Assembly (NCBI GenBank): GCA_965644265.1
Contig: OZ286476.1
Coordinates: 20,026,001-20,090,000, forward strand
Length of the DNA stretch: 64,000 bases
Origin: Glycera tridactyla
Lineage: Eukaryota
Direction of reading: 5' to 3'
Shown: piece after piece, positions 63,301-64,000 of the stretch
Layout: the number at the start of each line of letters is the position of its first letter
How positions within the stretch are numbered: the stretch's first letter is position 1
The notes under the pieces: generated by a model
Seen by the model: only the letters and a program-made list of their open reading frames with translations
What the model was told of the DNA's origin: nothing
Database searches by the model: none
Translations under genes and position numbers: made by a program

Positions 63301-63351
63301 TGAGCTTTTTTGAACATCTGGTTGAAATTCTCTTGAGAAAGCCACAAATAG
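63301..63351 (+). CDS. Candidate 51-nt symmetric exon (phase 1-1), VSFFEHLVEILLRKPQI
   Basis: ctgac branch-like motif, long C/T tract, tggatag acceptor, ATAG|gtcagt donor, open frame. Confidence 0.35.
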
Positions 63352-64000
63352 GTCAGTTCATCCCAGGCATCTTCTTTGGGAAATTTCATCTCAGAAGGAC
63401 TCGTAGGGCCTTGCCTATTCAAATTACTTAGAAGTCAAGTTTGGAATATGTCCTACCTCTTTGAATTATTTGTTGAATCCTGGGCTATTTTGATGTTTCG
63501 AGGAATATGTGTTGAATTATCTTGATCGATTTCTGCCTGCTTCCTTGGAAATTTGTCGCCCCCCAAAGAATGTTATACAAGCTTGTATCATTGTGGGGAA
63601 ATTGATGATTTGGAAATTGCTTCATGCTTTTTAGACTGCTGCTTCCAAAACCTGCTGAATATCCCCTCCCCCTTCTGATCCCTGGGCTCCTGCTGTACAC
63701 ACACCACAAATTTTACCAACATTGAACTCACTTCTGAAGCTACAGATACTAGGAACTCATTCATTTTCAGTCATATTCACTGGAGAGTCATCATGGATGG
63801 AAGAAGCCAAGGCACTGTTTAATCAATTGTTTTGAAAATGGTTATTGAATTCAAAAATTTTCATTCACAATATCTCCATCTCTGTGAAGTTCATATATTT
63901 ATTCAAAAGCATTCATTGTGAATGAATACATATTTCCAGGGATCATCATTTGAACTTTTATCTCTTTCTGATCTAGCTTGAATTACCTATTATTGAAGAC

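Overview
Animal (probably marine invertebrate) genomic DNA with AT-rich introns and three short N-gaps. It holds the 3' part of one giant, plus-strand, multi-exon muscle gene of the titin/Sallimus-like type; the 5' end lies upstream of the window. Splice sites and phases were traced by hand. Sixteen exons from 3551 to 57548 (one a candidate 13-nt microexon) join into one open frame of 20,078 nt, about 6,690 aa. Order: a 10,275-nt symmetric exon with 34 copies of an unrecognised ~90-aa repeat; a 2,523-nt exon with 8 x 46-aa Q/E/T/V/M repeats; two frame-coupled microexons; an acidic exon ending in an SH3 domain; five I-set Ig domains interleaved with a DFRxxL-repeat exon, an IQ/proline-rich exon and a tyrosine-motif/AKAP-like exon; and an in-phase stop-containing exon encoding a two-helix hydrophobic C-terminus. 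The main hypothesis is a membrane-anchored, FFAT-bearing, PKA-anchoring titin-like scaffold linking sarcomere/actin to ER/SR, with length set by giant cassette exons. Introns contain a Helentron-type (HINE) element with a 147-bp tandem array, several MITE families, a dispersed SINE-like repeat, tRNA-like heads, a 152-bp hairpin, a 22-bp minisatellite and microsatellites. All motif and family assignments are by eye; no searches were run.
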